Shown here piece by piece: positions 1 to 8,813 of a stretch of 28,091 nt of DNA. The position numbers and the translations under genes are program-made. The stretch spans positions 1 to 28,091 of the IMG/VR virus record IMGVR_UViG_3300030109_001599. One strand, written 5' to 3'. A model generated the notes under the pieces. That model searched no databases. It had not been told where the DNA came from and saw only the letters and a program-made list of their open reading frames with translations. The stretch's first letter is position 1, and every line of letters starts with the position of its first letter. Source of the DNA: a virus (taxonomy: Duplodnaviria; Caudoviricetes).

Positions 1-1539
1 CATAGCTGAACCATCTGCATCATTACCTATTTCGTGGTTAAACAAAGTATTTTCTCCAACAGCTTGTGGATTACTTCGTAAGTTAGCGTCTAACCAAGCA
101 CTTCTGTCCAAAGATCCATAAAACCATAAATTATCTTGATAGTTATAAACTACGTAAGAATCATTTTTAGTGCTATTAGCAGAAGGATAAAACCACCACA
201 CTTCGTTATGCGCTTCTACAGTGCCTGCGTATACATACGCAAGAGTGTTAAAATTTATGTTATTAAATACATGATCCCTTAAACTACAAGGCAGCGTATC
301 GACTTTTCCGTTATACATATAAAATTTATCTGTCCCCATCCAAAACACTATATTACTAGCCCCCGCTACGCACCTAGAACTGGCTACAGAAATATTAGTT
401 TCTAACTCTTGAAGACCAAAAACATCTGTTGTGCCAAGAAACTGCATCGAATGAAGTGACATATCTGTAAAAATTAATATCTCTTGTCTTGTTCTAAACG
501 CAGTTATTATTTGTGAACCACTACTAACTCTTATAAACCCTGCACTGTTAAGAGTAGATGGAGTAAAATTCTCAGGCTCATCTTGATTAGCAAAACGAAT
601 TAATAAAGGGTCAAAGTCTCCCCCACCAAAAGGTGTCGCTCCAAAAGCAATAAGATGCCTATCTACTTGAGACACCATGATCTGACCCACTTCATCAGGA
701 ACATCAGAAGCATTTGAACGACTTGATAGTAAAACTGCCCGCGCCCTTAAATTAGTTGTAGGATCTGTTGCTGTACCTCTTTCCCAATAATAAATAGCTC
801 CTTTACCATTAGTGTTAACATTCATAATTAAATCATTATCAAAGTTATCAAAAAACCAAACAGTTAAAGGATTTATTATAGGTTGTAAAGAACCAGAACC
901 CCAAGTTGATCTACCCCAAGTAGATGTATCCCAGCCATATCCAAAAGAAATAAACCCACTGCCTGCGGTTATTTCATAAGCGCCTACAGTAGCTCCACCG
1001 CCATTACCACTGTCACTACTGGTCGCAAGAACTGTATCTCCACTAGTATCTCTAGCTGATATAGAGTAAGTAGTAGCGTCAATCTTAGTAATTTCATAGT
1101 TTTGATTTAATACAGCAGCGGTAATATTACCCCCTAAACTAGCCGCATCTGAAAAAGTTACAAAATCCCCAGTTGCTGCCCCATGTGATGCGTCCGTAAC
1201 AGTAATAGTAGAAGAACCGTTAGTAGCAGAGAAAGTTACATCACCCGCACTTGTTGTTGAACGTATTGGTGTAATGTCGTTTAGATTACTAGCAACTTCT
1301 ATATATACTTTACTGTTTGTGCCTATAGCTAAAAAATTGTCTGAAAAAGAAGTTATCCATCCAAACAAAGCTCTACATGTTCCATCTATCGTAGATATGA
1401 TAGTTTGCCAACCTTTTATTTTTTCTGGATATCCTTTTAAAAATCTAACTTTATCGCACTCATACCAACCGCCTTCATTAGAATAGTTTGTAACATCTTG
1501 ATTAATGCCGGGTTTAAATTGTAATTTTTGTAGTGCCAT
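1..1539 (-). CDS. Tail hub / DNA-stabilisation-like structural protein (partial, runs off left edge)
   Basis: Not in ORF track. ATG at 1539, open to position 1 (513 codons): MALQKLQFKPGINQDVTNYSNEGGWYECDKVRFLKGYPEKIKGW...DPLLIRFANQD...VFWMGTDKFYMYNG...NEVWWFYPS. Beta-propeller-like composition typical of P22 gp10-like / tail tubular B proteins. Confidence 0.7.
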   Translation of the reverse strand, partial: MALQKLQFKPGINQDVTNYSNEGGWYECDKVRFLKGYPEKIKGWQTIISTIDGTCRALFGWITSFSDNFLAIGTNSKVYIEVASNLNDITPIRSTTSAGDVTFSATNGSSTITVTDASHGAATGDFVTFSDAASLGGNITAAVLNQNYEITKIDATTYSISARDTSGDTVLATSSDSGNGGGATVGAYEITAGSGFISFGYGWDTSTWGRSTWGSGSLQPIINPLTVWFFDNFDNDLIMNVNTNGKGAIYYWERGTATDPTTNLRARAVLLSSRSNASDVPDEVGQIMVSQVDRHLIAFGATPFGGGDFDPLLIRFANQDEPENFTPSTLNSAGFIRVSSGSQIITAFRTRQEILIFTDMSLHSMQFLGTTDVFGLQELETNISVASSRCVAGASNIVFWMGTDKFYMYNGKVDTLPCSLRDHVFNNINFNTLAYVYAGTVEAHNEVWWFYPSANSTKNDSYVVYNYQDNLWFYGSLDRSAWLDANLRSNPQAVGENTLFNHEIGNDADGSAM

Positions 1540-1540
1540 A

Positions 1541-1933
1541 TTAATAAGACCAGATGGTTGGGCGAGGTCTTGCAGGAGAACTTTCAATAGTGTCTAGGTG
1601 CAAAAACCTCGCCCCGCCTTTCTGATTTACTCCTATACCTGTAAATCCAACAACAAATGCTAATGAAAGAAGTTTAAACGCATCCGTCCTGTCAATTAAT
1701 ATATCTGAGGCTTTACCTGAAACGTGCGCTCCAGCAGTAGGATCTTTTTTAGCTGCTTCTACTGGATGAGTTGCGTCTCTGTATCCAGAACTAATTGTCA
1801 TGGGCTTGCCATATGCCTCTCGCAAGTTATTTAATTTGTCTATAAAGTTTTGATCCATTTTCTCTGTACCTGTATGACTACAAGTAAATTCAGTAGCTTT
1901 AAAGTATTTAGAGTTTTCCCAATCTACGCTCAT
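1541..1933 (-). CDS. Endolysin, peptidase M15 family (Zn D-Ala-D-Ala/L-Ala-D-Glu peptidase)
   Basis: YF..EF.C, SGYR, H-x-x-G-x-A-x-D (AHVSGKASD) and FLHLD motifs; directly downstream of a holin-like gene. Confidence 0.88.
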   Translation of the reverse strand: MSVDWENSKYFKATEFTCSHTGTEKMDQNFIDKLNNLREAYGKPMTISSGYRDATHPVEAAKKDPTAGAHVSGKASDILIDRTDAFKLLSLAFVVGFTGIGVNQKGGARFLHLDTIESSPARPRPTIWSY

Positions 1934-2385
1934 AGTTTTGGTTCTTTCTTACTAAACATATCTTGAAGTTCTTTACTTTTCTCCTTGGAGCCAGTACTGG
2001 AGCCGAAGTAGTAGTTTATGCAACTCATTAAGGCTCCTGATAATAACCCTAAAATATATAGGGATATTTCGTAATTTTTACCAGACTCAATGTCCATAAA
2101 CAAGATTGCTGACATCATGCCAAATGTTAGAAAAACGATTAAAATGGCTAGGCACGGTACGATGATTTTATTTACCATTGGGGCAAATTCTGAATTAGCG
2201 ATTTTCATTTCACGCTCTCGCGCACTTGCAGTATTTGCATGGTCGGCAGAAAGCCTTGCTAGTTCACCTGATTGCTCCATTTGTTTTAATTCTTTGAGAG
2301 CTTTTTGCTTGGCTTCTGGATCAGGAATTAATTTATCAACTAATTTTTCACCTATAGGTAGTAAACTTCCAATTAAATTTAACAT
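1930..2385 (-). CDS. Putative holin (GTA 3TM-holin-like)
   Basis: N-terminal LVDKLIPDPEAKQKA, two hydrophobic helices, C-terminal YYFGSS..SKEK; ATGA overlap with endolysin. Confidence 0.7.
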   Translation of the reverse strand: MLNLIGSLLPIGEKLVDKLIPDPEAKQKALKELKQMEQSGELARLSADHANTASAREREMKIANSEFAPMVNKIIVPCLAILIVFLTFGMMSAILFMDIESGKNYEISLYILGLLSGALMSCINYYFGSSTGSKEKSKELQDMFSKKEPKL

Positions 2386-2885
2386 TAACCACTCGCTTCC
2401 TTAATCATGTCAATTAAAAACCAAATCATACTTATTAATAAAGTTACTACGATAGTTATAGCTCCTCCCATCATTGTATTATAAAAGAATGCTTTACGTC
2501 TGCGTAATTGATCGTACACCTCACGTTTACGTTTTTCTTTAATTAATCTTCTTTGTCTAATAAACTCTTTGTAACCGTTAATTCCTAAATGATTTAAAGC
2601 TCCAACATAAAACATACTTTTTATCTCACGTTCCTGCTCTTCTATTTTTCTTTTAGCTACTAAGGTGTCAAAAGCTGCTGCTGTCTCTGACTTACTATAT
2701 ACAATTTTTTTAAAGATAGAAGGTTTGGCTTCCTCCTGAGACATCCATTCTTGCAAATCACTAATGTGTCCTGCCCACTTAGATAAAGATTGATATACTG
2801 CATCAGCTTCATCTGCTGCTTTAGCAACCTTCTTTACTACCGTAAAAGCAGTATTTGCTGCTGCTAATATAGTAAGCGGATCCAC
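2385..2885 (-). CDS. Conserved phage membrane protein (C-terminal TM), possibly lysis-associated
   Basis: 166 aa, MDPLTILAAA N-terminus, helical body, basic stretch then one TM; TAATG overlap with holin. Confidence 0.55.
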   Translation of the reverse strand: MDPLTILAAANTAFTVVKKVAKAADEADAVYQSLSKWAGHISDLQEWMSQEEAKPSIFKKIVYSKSETAAAFDTLVAKRKIEEQEREIKSMFYVGALNHLGINGYKEFIRQRRLIKEKRKREVYDQLRRRKAFFYNTMMGGAITIVVTLLISMIWFLIDMIKEASG

Positions 2886-2887
2886 AA

Positions 2888-3301
2888 TTAAGTAGCCTCA
2901 TCCCACCCAACAGAATTATCAGCTTGATATGCTGTTTCGTTCCAAGTATAAAGTTTGCCATCATTAGGATATGTTATAGGACACTCCCACAAACAAGTGT
3001 TTTCATTTAATGTCCAACTTGCGAAAGGTCTTGGAGATATAAACGCATCTCTTGCGGAGTCATAAGTCATACCCGCTCCAGCATAATTTTTACGAAGTGG
3101 AGTGCCACCTAAACTGTGAACATTTCCTCGTGTGTTGTAACTTGTTTGTTTCCAAGTAGTATCTGACCCGTATAGTTTTTTGCAAAAAGCAATACCAAAT
3201 GATTCATCTTCCTGACCACTTGAATTTAAATTATCTGCATTTCCAACAGCTATTACTCTTATAACAACATTGCTTGAATTTAACTCTGCAAAATAAGCCA
3301 T
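2888..3301 (-). CDS. Conserved tail-fibre-associated protein
   Basis: MAYFAEL...WKQTSYN...RKNYAG.GMTYD...DAFI.P.PF.SW.L pattern commonly found next to Gly-rich fibre genes in aquatic phages. Confidence 0.6.
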   Translation of the reverse strand: MAYFAELNSSNVVIRVIAVGNADNLNSSGQEDESFGIAFCKKLYGSDTTWKQTSYNTRGNVHSLGGTPLRKNYAGAGMTYDSARDAFISPRPFASWTLNENTCLWECPITYPNDGKLYTWNETAYQADNSVGWDEAT

Positions 3302-3304
3302 TTT

Positions 3305-4189
3305 TTACCCCGTTATAATTATTACAATTCCTTTTGCACCATTCCCGCCAGCAGTTAAAGTAGCTCCATTTCTTCCTCCGCCACCACCGCCACCTCGATT
3401 AGCTGTTGCACTATCCCCAGCGCCACTTCCAGAAGAAGCTTGCCAACCTTTTCCACCCTGAGTTCCAGCGGCTCCTCCGGGGCGAGTTCCGTTGTCACTT
3501 CCGCCTCCGCCACCCCCACCACAACATTGGATTGCAGTTGCACCATCAACAGAGTAAACAACATCAGCGGTAAATCCTTTTCCTCCATATCCACCAAAAG
3601 CTCCACCCGGGTAATCTGCATCGCCACCAGCTTGTGAGTATCCTCCTCCCCCTCCTTGAACTGTCCAACCTGTATTATCAGATCGACCAAGACCCCCATT
3701 ATTACCTTGCACAGGAGATTTGCTAGGAGTATTACCTGTTCCAGCAGTTTGTGAACCATCGGTATATCCTTCTGATCCTCCTCCAGAACCACCATTTTGG
3801 CCGTTGCCGTAACTTACACCACCTTGTGTGCCACCGCCGCCGCCGCCAGCAGCAGCAACTACACCAACTATTTCACTCGAAGCACCTGCACCTGCATGAT
3901 TATTAGCTGCACTACTACCATTGCCCCCAGCCCCTACTGTAATTGTGTAAGTCTGACCAGCATTTACCGAAACTGTTCCATGATCTGAATCAACTAACAA
4001 ACCGCCGCCACCACCGCCACCGCCTGAGTAGCCGCCACCTCCACCTCCTGCTGCCACTAGATAACGAATTGAAGAAACACCCGCTGGAACTGTAAAAGTA
4101 CTTGAACTTGTAAAAGTAAATAATTGACCTGAGTTGTCTGCTGCTGCTGCGGCTCCTTGTGCCATTAAAAGTTGATGTATTCCTGTCAT
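3305..4189 (-). CDS. Glycine-rich tail fibre / receptor-binding protein
   Basis: TFTSSSTFTVPAGVSSIRYLVAAGGGGGG...GGNGAKGIVII: typical phage Gly-rich domain. Confidence 0.75.
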   Translation of the reverse strand: MTGIHQLLMAQGAAAAADNSGQLFTFTSSSTFTVPAGVSSIRYLVAAGGGGGGYSGGGGGGGGLLVDSDHGTVSVNAGQTYTITVGAGGNGSSAANNHAGAGASSEIVGVVAAAGGGGGGTQGGVSYGNGQNGGSGGGSEGYTDGSQTAGTGNTPSKSPVQGNNGGLGRSDNTGWTVQGGGGGYSQAGGDADYPGGAFGGYGGKGFTADVVYSVDGATAIQCCGGGGGGGSDNGTRPGGAAGTQGGKGWQASSGSGAGDSATANRGGGGGGGRNGATLTAGGNGAKGIVIIITG

Positions 4190-4192
4190 AAT

Positions 4193-5473
4193 TTAAGTCC
4201 CTGTCACATATGCGTGTTGAGCCGAAACAAACAAAACTGATGCTATTTTGTTAGCACCTAAAGTTATTGTCGCTGTGGCTGATGCTTCTCCGACTTTGAA
4301 CATAGAAGTAATGTTTGAAGAAATAGTTGCTGATGCTCCTGCACACACCACACTAAATATGTCACCAGTATCAAATGTTCCAGAGGCTGTTGGAATTACA
4401 ACTGTCTGGTCAGCAGACGTTAAAAATATAAAGTTGCCTGTATCAGTTTGAGCAGCAGAAACTGTTGTATCTGCAAATGTTCTTGATCTAGGAATATCTC
4501 TTAAATTACCATCAGCATCCAATACGGTAGAAAGACTAGTTACAACCCCACCTATGTTAAGAGTTCCTGCAACACTTATTGAAGGTATTACATCTAAAGT
4601 TTTATTAGTTATAGTTGCTGTTCCAGCTTCAGATACTAAGGTAGAATTAGCCCCTTTTGGTAAAAGCATTTCATTAGTAACCCCCTCACTATGAGGTTGT
4701 GACATTATTTTTTGACCATGTGAGTTACTTCTACAGTTAAGCTGCACTGTCCCATCTGTAGAACCACCACCTTTTATTTCTACAATTTGTGTAGTAGGAT
4801 CAATTACTAAATTTCCTACTTCATTATTTATTTCTCCTTCAACTGCAAGAGTAGAAGATACAGATACAGCACCTTTAACATTTAATGTTCCCTTTGCTGA
4901 AGTATTACCTTCTATATGAAAAGTACCACCAACTGAGGCATTTCCAACAACACCTAAATTACCCGTGCTATTAGCAGTGGCAAGTGTAAATGTTCCACCT
5001 ACAGAAGCTGCACCTCCTACGTCTAATGTAGTTAACACAACCATTGAGCTTGCACTGTCTAACGCAGAAGTAACCGCTGATCCGTCTGTATAGACTATAG
5101 TTGATCTTCCTGCACCAACTGTTGCTATATTAAAAGTGTTTGTTCCATTTGCTGTTCCATTTCTAACTGAAACATCAACGGATAAATTATTATCTATAAG
5201 ATAACTTTTCTCGACTGTAGGTAATAATAAAATTTGCCCTGCTGTCCCTGTTCCTGTTAAATTTAAACGATAATTTCTTCCTTGTTGTAAAGCATTACTG
5301 TCAGCAAGAGTTATTGCTACAGTTGCTGTCGCTGAAAAAGCCACATCCGTTGTTCTTGCAATAGCCTCTTCAATAGCAGAAAGATTATTATTAGTTATAG
5401 TTCCCCATGCGCCAGAGTTTTCCCCTGTTGCCATGAGTTGAATTTTTAAATCTGGTGACGCTGACGAAGCCAT
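4193..5473 (-). CDS. Tail fibre protein (proximal)
   Basis: N-terminal anchor LKIQLMATGENSGAWGTITNNNL; beta-repeats (ASVGGTF twice); Thr/Ser/Gly-rich. Confidence 0.7.
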   Translation of the reverse strand: MASSASPDLKIQLMATGENSGAWGTITNNNLSAIEEAIARTTDVAFSATATVAITLADSNALQQGRNYRLNLTGTGTAGQILLLPTVEKSYLIDNNLSVDVSVRNGTANGTNTFNIATVGAGRSTIVYTDGSAVTSALDSASSMVVLTTLDVGGAASVGGTFTLATANSTGNLGVVGNASVGGTFHIEGNTSAKGTLNVKGAVSVSSTLAVEGEINNEVGNLVIDPTTQIVEIKGGGSTDGTVQLNCRSNSHGQKIMSQPHSEGVTNEMLLPKGANSTLVSEAGTATITNKTLDVIPSISVAGTLNIGGVVTSLSTVLDADGNLRDIPRSRTFADTTVSAAQTDTGNFIFLTSADQTVVIPTASGTFDTGDIFSVVCAGASATISSNITSMFKVGEASATATITLGANKIASVLFVSAQHAYVTGT

Positions 5474-5482
5474 AATGTTCTC

Positions 5483-5854
5483 CTATGCTGCTTCTATTAT
5501 ATTCCAATTAGGGGTTTGATCTGTATCTATTTGCCCCCACACTAATACTGTTCCTATCTGCCCAGTAGCAGAAAATCCTGAAACTTGTAAAGGTATTTCT
5601 ATACTACCTAAATTTGCTGCGCCGCTAACCCCCGTTACATTTATATTAACCGTAGTTGCAAAAGTAGGAGTTCCTATACCCCCTACTGCTCCTACTCCAG
5701 TAACTGATACAGCTTTACCTACTACTACTAAAACAGAACCAAGACCCGCAGTTGCTCCAACACCATCTACGCCTATATCTAATTGAGGTGCGCCCCAACC
5801 ATTTCTTGCCCACGGCCCAGTACTCCACCCTTCGTAGATAGCACTTGTGGGCAT
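5483..5854 (-). CDS. Virion structural protein (tail-associated)
   Basis: GW..G.W..GWG N-terminus, V.VTGV.A repeats, C-terminal WGQIDTDQTPNW. Confidence 0.55.
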   Translation of the reverse strand: MPTSAIYEGWSTGPWARNGWGAPQLDIGVDGVGATAGLGSVLVVVGKAVSVTGVGAVGGIGTPTFATTVNINVTGVSGAANLGSIEIPLQVSGFSATGQIGTVLVWGQIDTDQTPNWNIIEAA

Positions 5855-5855
5855 T

Positions 5856-6323
5856 TTACGCTATTCTAATAATCGCTGCCGCACTAGTTGCCGCAGGAAA
5901 TACTATTGTAAAATCACCCGATGTTGCCGATTTTGATCCCCCAAAATCTAACACTGCTACTGCTGCATTAGTTAAAGTAGTTCCAGCATTATTAGATGTA
6001 AACGGAGTGCTATTGTAAATCAACGCCCCATCTGCCGCTAAAGTAACATTTAAAAATGTTAAATCAGAAAAATCTACAAAACCTGATGTAGAGCCTGATG
6101 TTACTCCAACCACTGTTAACGCAGAACCTGCGGTAGTATAATTAGTTCCCACACATTCGCCCGCTGTAACAAACCCAGTTGTAGAAGCATTTAATGTTGC
6201 CCCAGATGAATACAAAGCAAGTTTAAACGTACTAGCCGCACTTGAACCTGTTGGATGAAAATTGTGCATACTTAACATTACTTCTTGTTTAAATGAAGTA
6301 CACATTGCTTGTGTAATTGCCAT
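5856..6323 (-). CDS. Virion structural protein (tail-associated)
   Basis: MAITQAMCTSFKQE...FKLALY...GALIYN...AVAVLDFG...AIIRIA, conserved pattern in aquatic phage tail modules. Confidence 0.6.
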   Translation of the reverse strand: MAITQAMCTSFKQEVMLSMHNFHPTGSSAASTFKLALYSSGATLNASTTGFVTAGECVGTNYTTAGSALTVVGVTSGSTSGFVDFSDLTFLNVTLAADGALIYNSTPFTSNNAGTTLTNAAVAVLDFGGSKSATSGDFTIVFPAATSAAAIIRIA

Positions 6324-6333
6324 ACCTAACTCC

Positions 6334-6624
6334 CTATTCGTCTAAAATTTTTATTAGTTCAGGATGTCCTGCTTGCCTAAACTTATGTGCCAATGTCGTG
6401 TTATTACTGCTTATAGCTTCCTTCATGTAGTGAACTATAACTTTTCTAATATTCTCTTTAAATGCTTCTGCTTGTTCTCTAATAACAGGATGTGTTTGAC
6501 TGCCAACAGATATAATTTTATCTACAGCCCTTTCAGATATTTCTTCCGGAGTGAAGCCTCTATTAGAAGTTGTGTAAACTTTTACATTTCCACCTAATAA
6601 TGCTGATGTACTATTCCCTATCAT
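6334..6624 (-). CDS. Conserved hypothetical phage protein
   Basis: 96 aa, ATGA-coupled to upstream gene. Confidence 0.6.
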   Translation of the reverse strand: MIGNSTSALLGGNVKVYTTSNRGFTPEEISERAVDKIISVGSQTHPVIREQAEAFKENIRKVIVHYMKEAISSNNTTLAHKFRQAGHPELIKILDE

Positions 6625-7301
6625 TTGACTTCATACCTCGCTTGTTCTGTTCTGTACATATCTTGACGATTTTTACCTTCACTTAATTGTTTAAGTAACG
6701 ATAAACTTTCATTATAACGTGCTGTATAGTTTGTTAAAACATCAGGTTCTGCTTTTGTAAAAGCAGCAGCTTCTAATAAAGACCCGTATAATAACAACGA
6801 ATCAAAATTATCTCCAAGCCATGATGTTCCTGCAGTCACAATAGACTCTGGATAATAAAAGTAATGCAACTCAGTTGAATAGTTTTGATCTGGTGTTGGG
6901 CCTACTATATATGTATCATCATCAAACAAAGCGTAATGTGTGGGAGTTGCTGTATCTGTTGGAGTTGGAAATGCTTCTCGAATAAAACTAACATCTTTAT
7001 TTAAAAGATAACTATAAGCTCCTGTAGTAGGATCAATTACAGCTAAAGAAAAATTAGCTAACCAATCTGAAGGAGTTTTTAAATATTGATTACTAGCTGT
7101 TAAAGACCCTAATACATTCTTTCTAAGATTTAAAAGTTGAACGGAGTTAAACACACGTTGCTCAGTTTGTTCTATAAATGTATTAACTTGTTCAGTGCTA
7201 GTCAAAGAAATAGAATTACCAGCACTATCTGTAAAAGAAGTGTCAGGGAAATCGTTTTCACAATACCCTTTTATAGTTTCATAAAGAGTAGCGTAATTCA
7301 T
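6621..7301 (-). CDS. Head-tail adaptor / tail tubular A-like protein
   Basis: MNYATL...FIEQTEQR...P.HYA...VGPTPD..Y..ELHY..YPESI....SWLGDN...LLYGSLLEA pattern. Confidence 0.65.
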   Translation of the reverse strand: MNYATLYETIKGYCENDFPDTSFTDSAGNSISLTSTEQVNTFIEQTEQRVFNSVQLLNLRKNVLGSLTASNQYLKTPSDWLANFSLAVIDPTTGAYSYLLNKDVSFIREAFPTPTDTATPTHYALFDDDTYIVGPTPDQNYSTELHYFYYPESIVTAGTSWLGDNFDSLLLYGSLLEAAAFTKAEPDVLTNYTARYNESLSLLKQLSEGKNRQDMYRTEQARYEVK

Positions 7302-7456
7302 TATGCAAGCCTAGTTGAAGACTTATTACCTTTTGTAGCAGCACCAGACCCTCGCGTTACAACTGTTTGCGTATTCGGTACATTATTAGGATACCCGTCA
7401 ACTTTAGGCACAGGAACTTGCTCTGGTTGTTTATAAGTATTAGTATCATTTTTCAT
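7301..7456 (-). CDS. Small protein (51 aa) with RGxGAAxKG motif
   Basis: Not in ORF track. RBS AGGAG, ATG 7456, MKNDTNTYKQPEQVPVPKVDGYPNNVPNTQTVVTRGSGAATKGNKSSTRLA, TAATG overlap with next gene. Confidence 0.75.
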   Translation of the reverse strand: MKNDTNTYKQPEQVPVPKVDGYPNNVPNTQTVVTRGSGAATKGNKSSTRLA

Positions 7457-7465
7457 ATATTTCTC

Positions 7466-7825
7466 CTAAGAAATTTCTATTGTTACATTGCCTACACCTG
7501 TACTAGCAACTAGATCATTAGTTAAACCTAACTCCAACGGATCAGCAAACCCTACTGGGTTAAATCCATATTGAAAGTTCCTAGACTTTGATGAAGGAAA
7601 TCTAGTTAAATCAGGCCGCGGATTACGAACTGCTTGCGGATCTTCCACTGGATACAACCCTAATGATAACTGAGGTTGATCTTTTTCCCAACACGTAGGA
7701 CAGACAAAAATATTTACTACATTGTTTTTAATTGTTAAAGGTTTTAATTCTTTTAACTTATATCTAAACCCGCATCTATCGCATTCTGCAATAGTATGTT
7801 TGCCAGAGCTAAATCTGTTACTCAT
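7466..7825 (-). CDS. Conserved phage protein with CxxC...CxxC zinc ribbon
   Basis: CDRC and CPTC pairs, QPQL...DPQAVRNPRPD. Confidence 0.65.
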   Translation of the reverse strand: MSNRFSSGKHTIAECDRCGFRYKLKELKPLTIKNNVVNIFVCPTCWEKDQPQLSLGLYPVEDPQAVRNPRPDLTRFPSSKSRNFQYGFNPVGFADPLELGLTNDLVASTGVGNVTIEIS

Positions 7826-7827
7826 AG

Positions 7828-8544
7828 TTAAGTAATAAACATTTGTCGTGGAACAAGTCTATCTGATGCTTTTTCACGATCTTCTCCTGCAGCAAGATCC
7901 CATGTTTCATCATACATGGCCTTTAACATCGACAAACGCTCCATTCCATTAGGAACTTTCAACGCTAAGTAATACGCAAGTCCTGCTGTTAAACATGGTA
8001 AAAATCTAAAAGGTACATCAAAACTTACAGCCCCAGTAGATGCGTCTTGTATTCTTCTCATTCTCCAATATACAAAAGTATAGTAATTACTTTGATCTGG
8101 TACAGGCCATACATTTATATTTGGAGACTGTGTTCCTGTAGGACTAGTAGTACCAGATTGTCTGTCAATATAAACTTGAATTGGCCTGCCTTGATTTAAT
8201 TTTGAAGGAATGCTTGCATAAGTAGAAACACTTATCCTAGAAATTGTTAAATCCGATTGATTAGAAACACTACCATCATTTGTTCTAATGACATGTTCTA
8301 GTAAATCAACAGTATCTACAGGCAGATTGTATTGTCCTGTACCCGCTGTCAAAGATATAGATCCTTGTTCAACAGTCCATAAATTAATTCCTCTATTAGC
8401 CCAATCTGCAAATAATAAATTTAAAGAACGTCTTGCAGTTTTTAAATCGTATCCGGTACGTAGCTCAGAACCTGCACGTTCAAAAGCCTCTTCAACAATT
8501 TCTGTTAAATTAAGATCAAAACTAGAAGTGCCTGAAGTTGTCAT
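7828..8544 (-). CDS. Head-tail connector (adaptor-like) protein
   Basis: MTTSGTSSFDL...EEAFERAG..RTGYDLKTARRSLNLLFADWANRGINLW...VWPVPD...FLPCLTAGLAYYLA. Confidence 0.65.
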   Translation of the reverse strand: MTTSGTSSFDLNLTEIVEEAFERAGSELRTGYDLKTARRSLNLLFADWANRGINLWTVEQGSISLTAGTGQYNLPVDTVDLLEHVIRTNDGSVSNQSDLTISRISVSTYASIPSKLNQGRPIQVYIDRQSGTTSPTGTQSPNINVWPVPDQSNYYTFVYWRMRRIQDASTGAVSFDVPFRFLPCLTAGLAYYLALKVPNGMERLSMLKAMYDETWDLAAGEDREKASDRLVPRQMFIT

Positions 8545-8801
8545 TAAGATTTCCTATATGCTTTTGTTTTCTTTGCTATTTTTTTCGGTTGAGCCACATA
8601 CTGCTTACCTTGCTTCTTACCTTTTCGCTTAGCTCTGCTAGTCGCTCTATACTCTGCATCAGATAATGAGGCAATTGCTTTAGCTGGTAAGTACCTTTCG
8701 CCTGTAGCTTTTTTACCTTGTGTGCTAGGTTTCCCACTTTTGGTTCTCCATTTTTGTTTTGTCCAGTTCTTTAAAGATTTTTGCGATTTAGCTAAAGCCA
8801 T
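8544..8801 (-). CDS. Small basic protein, resembles C-terminal half of DUF5872-type proteins
   Basis: SQKSLKNWTKQKWRTKSG...ERYLPAKA...LS; very Lys/Arg-rich. Confidence 0.65.
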   Translation of the reverse strand: MALAKSQKSLKNWTKQKWRTKSGKPSTQGKKATGERYLPAKAIASLSDAEYRATSRAKRKGKKQGKQYVAQPKKIAKKTKAYRKS

Positions 8802-8813
8802 ATAATGTCCTAT

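Noticed and set aside
3305-5473. Diversity-generating retroelement or invertible fibre cassette
   Set aside because: No reverse transcriptase, invertase or template/variable repeat pair seen; Gly-codon runs are just low complexity.
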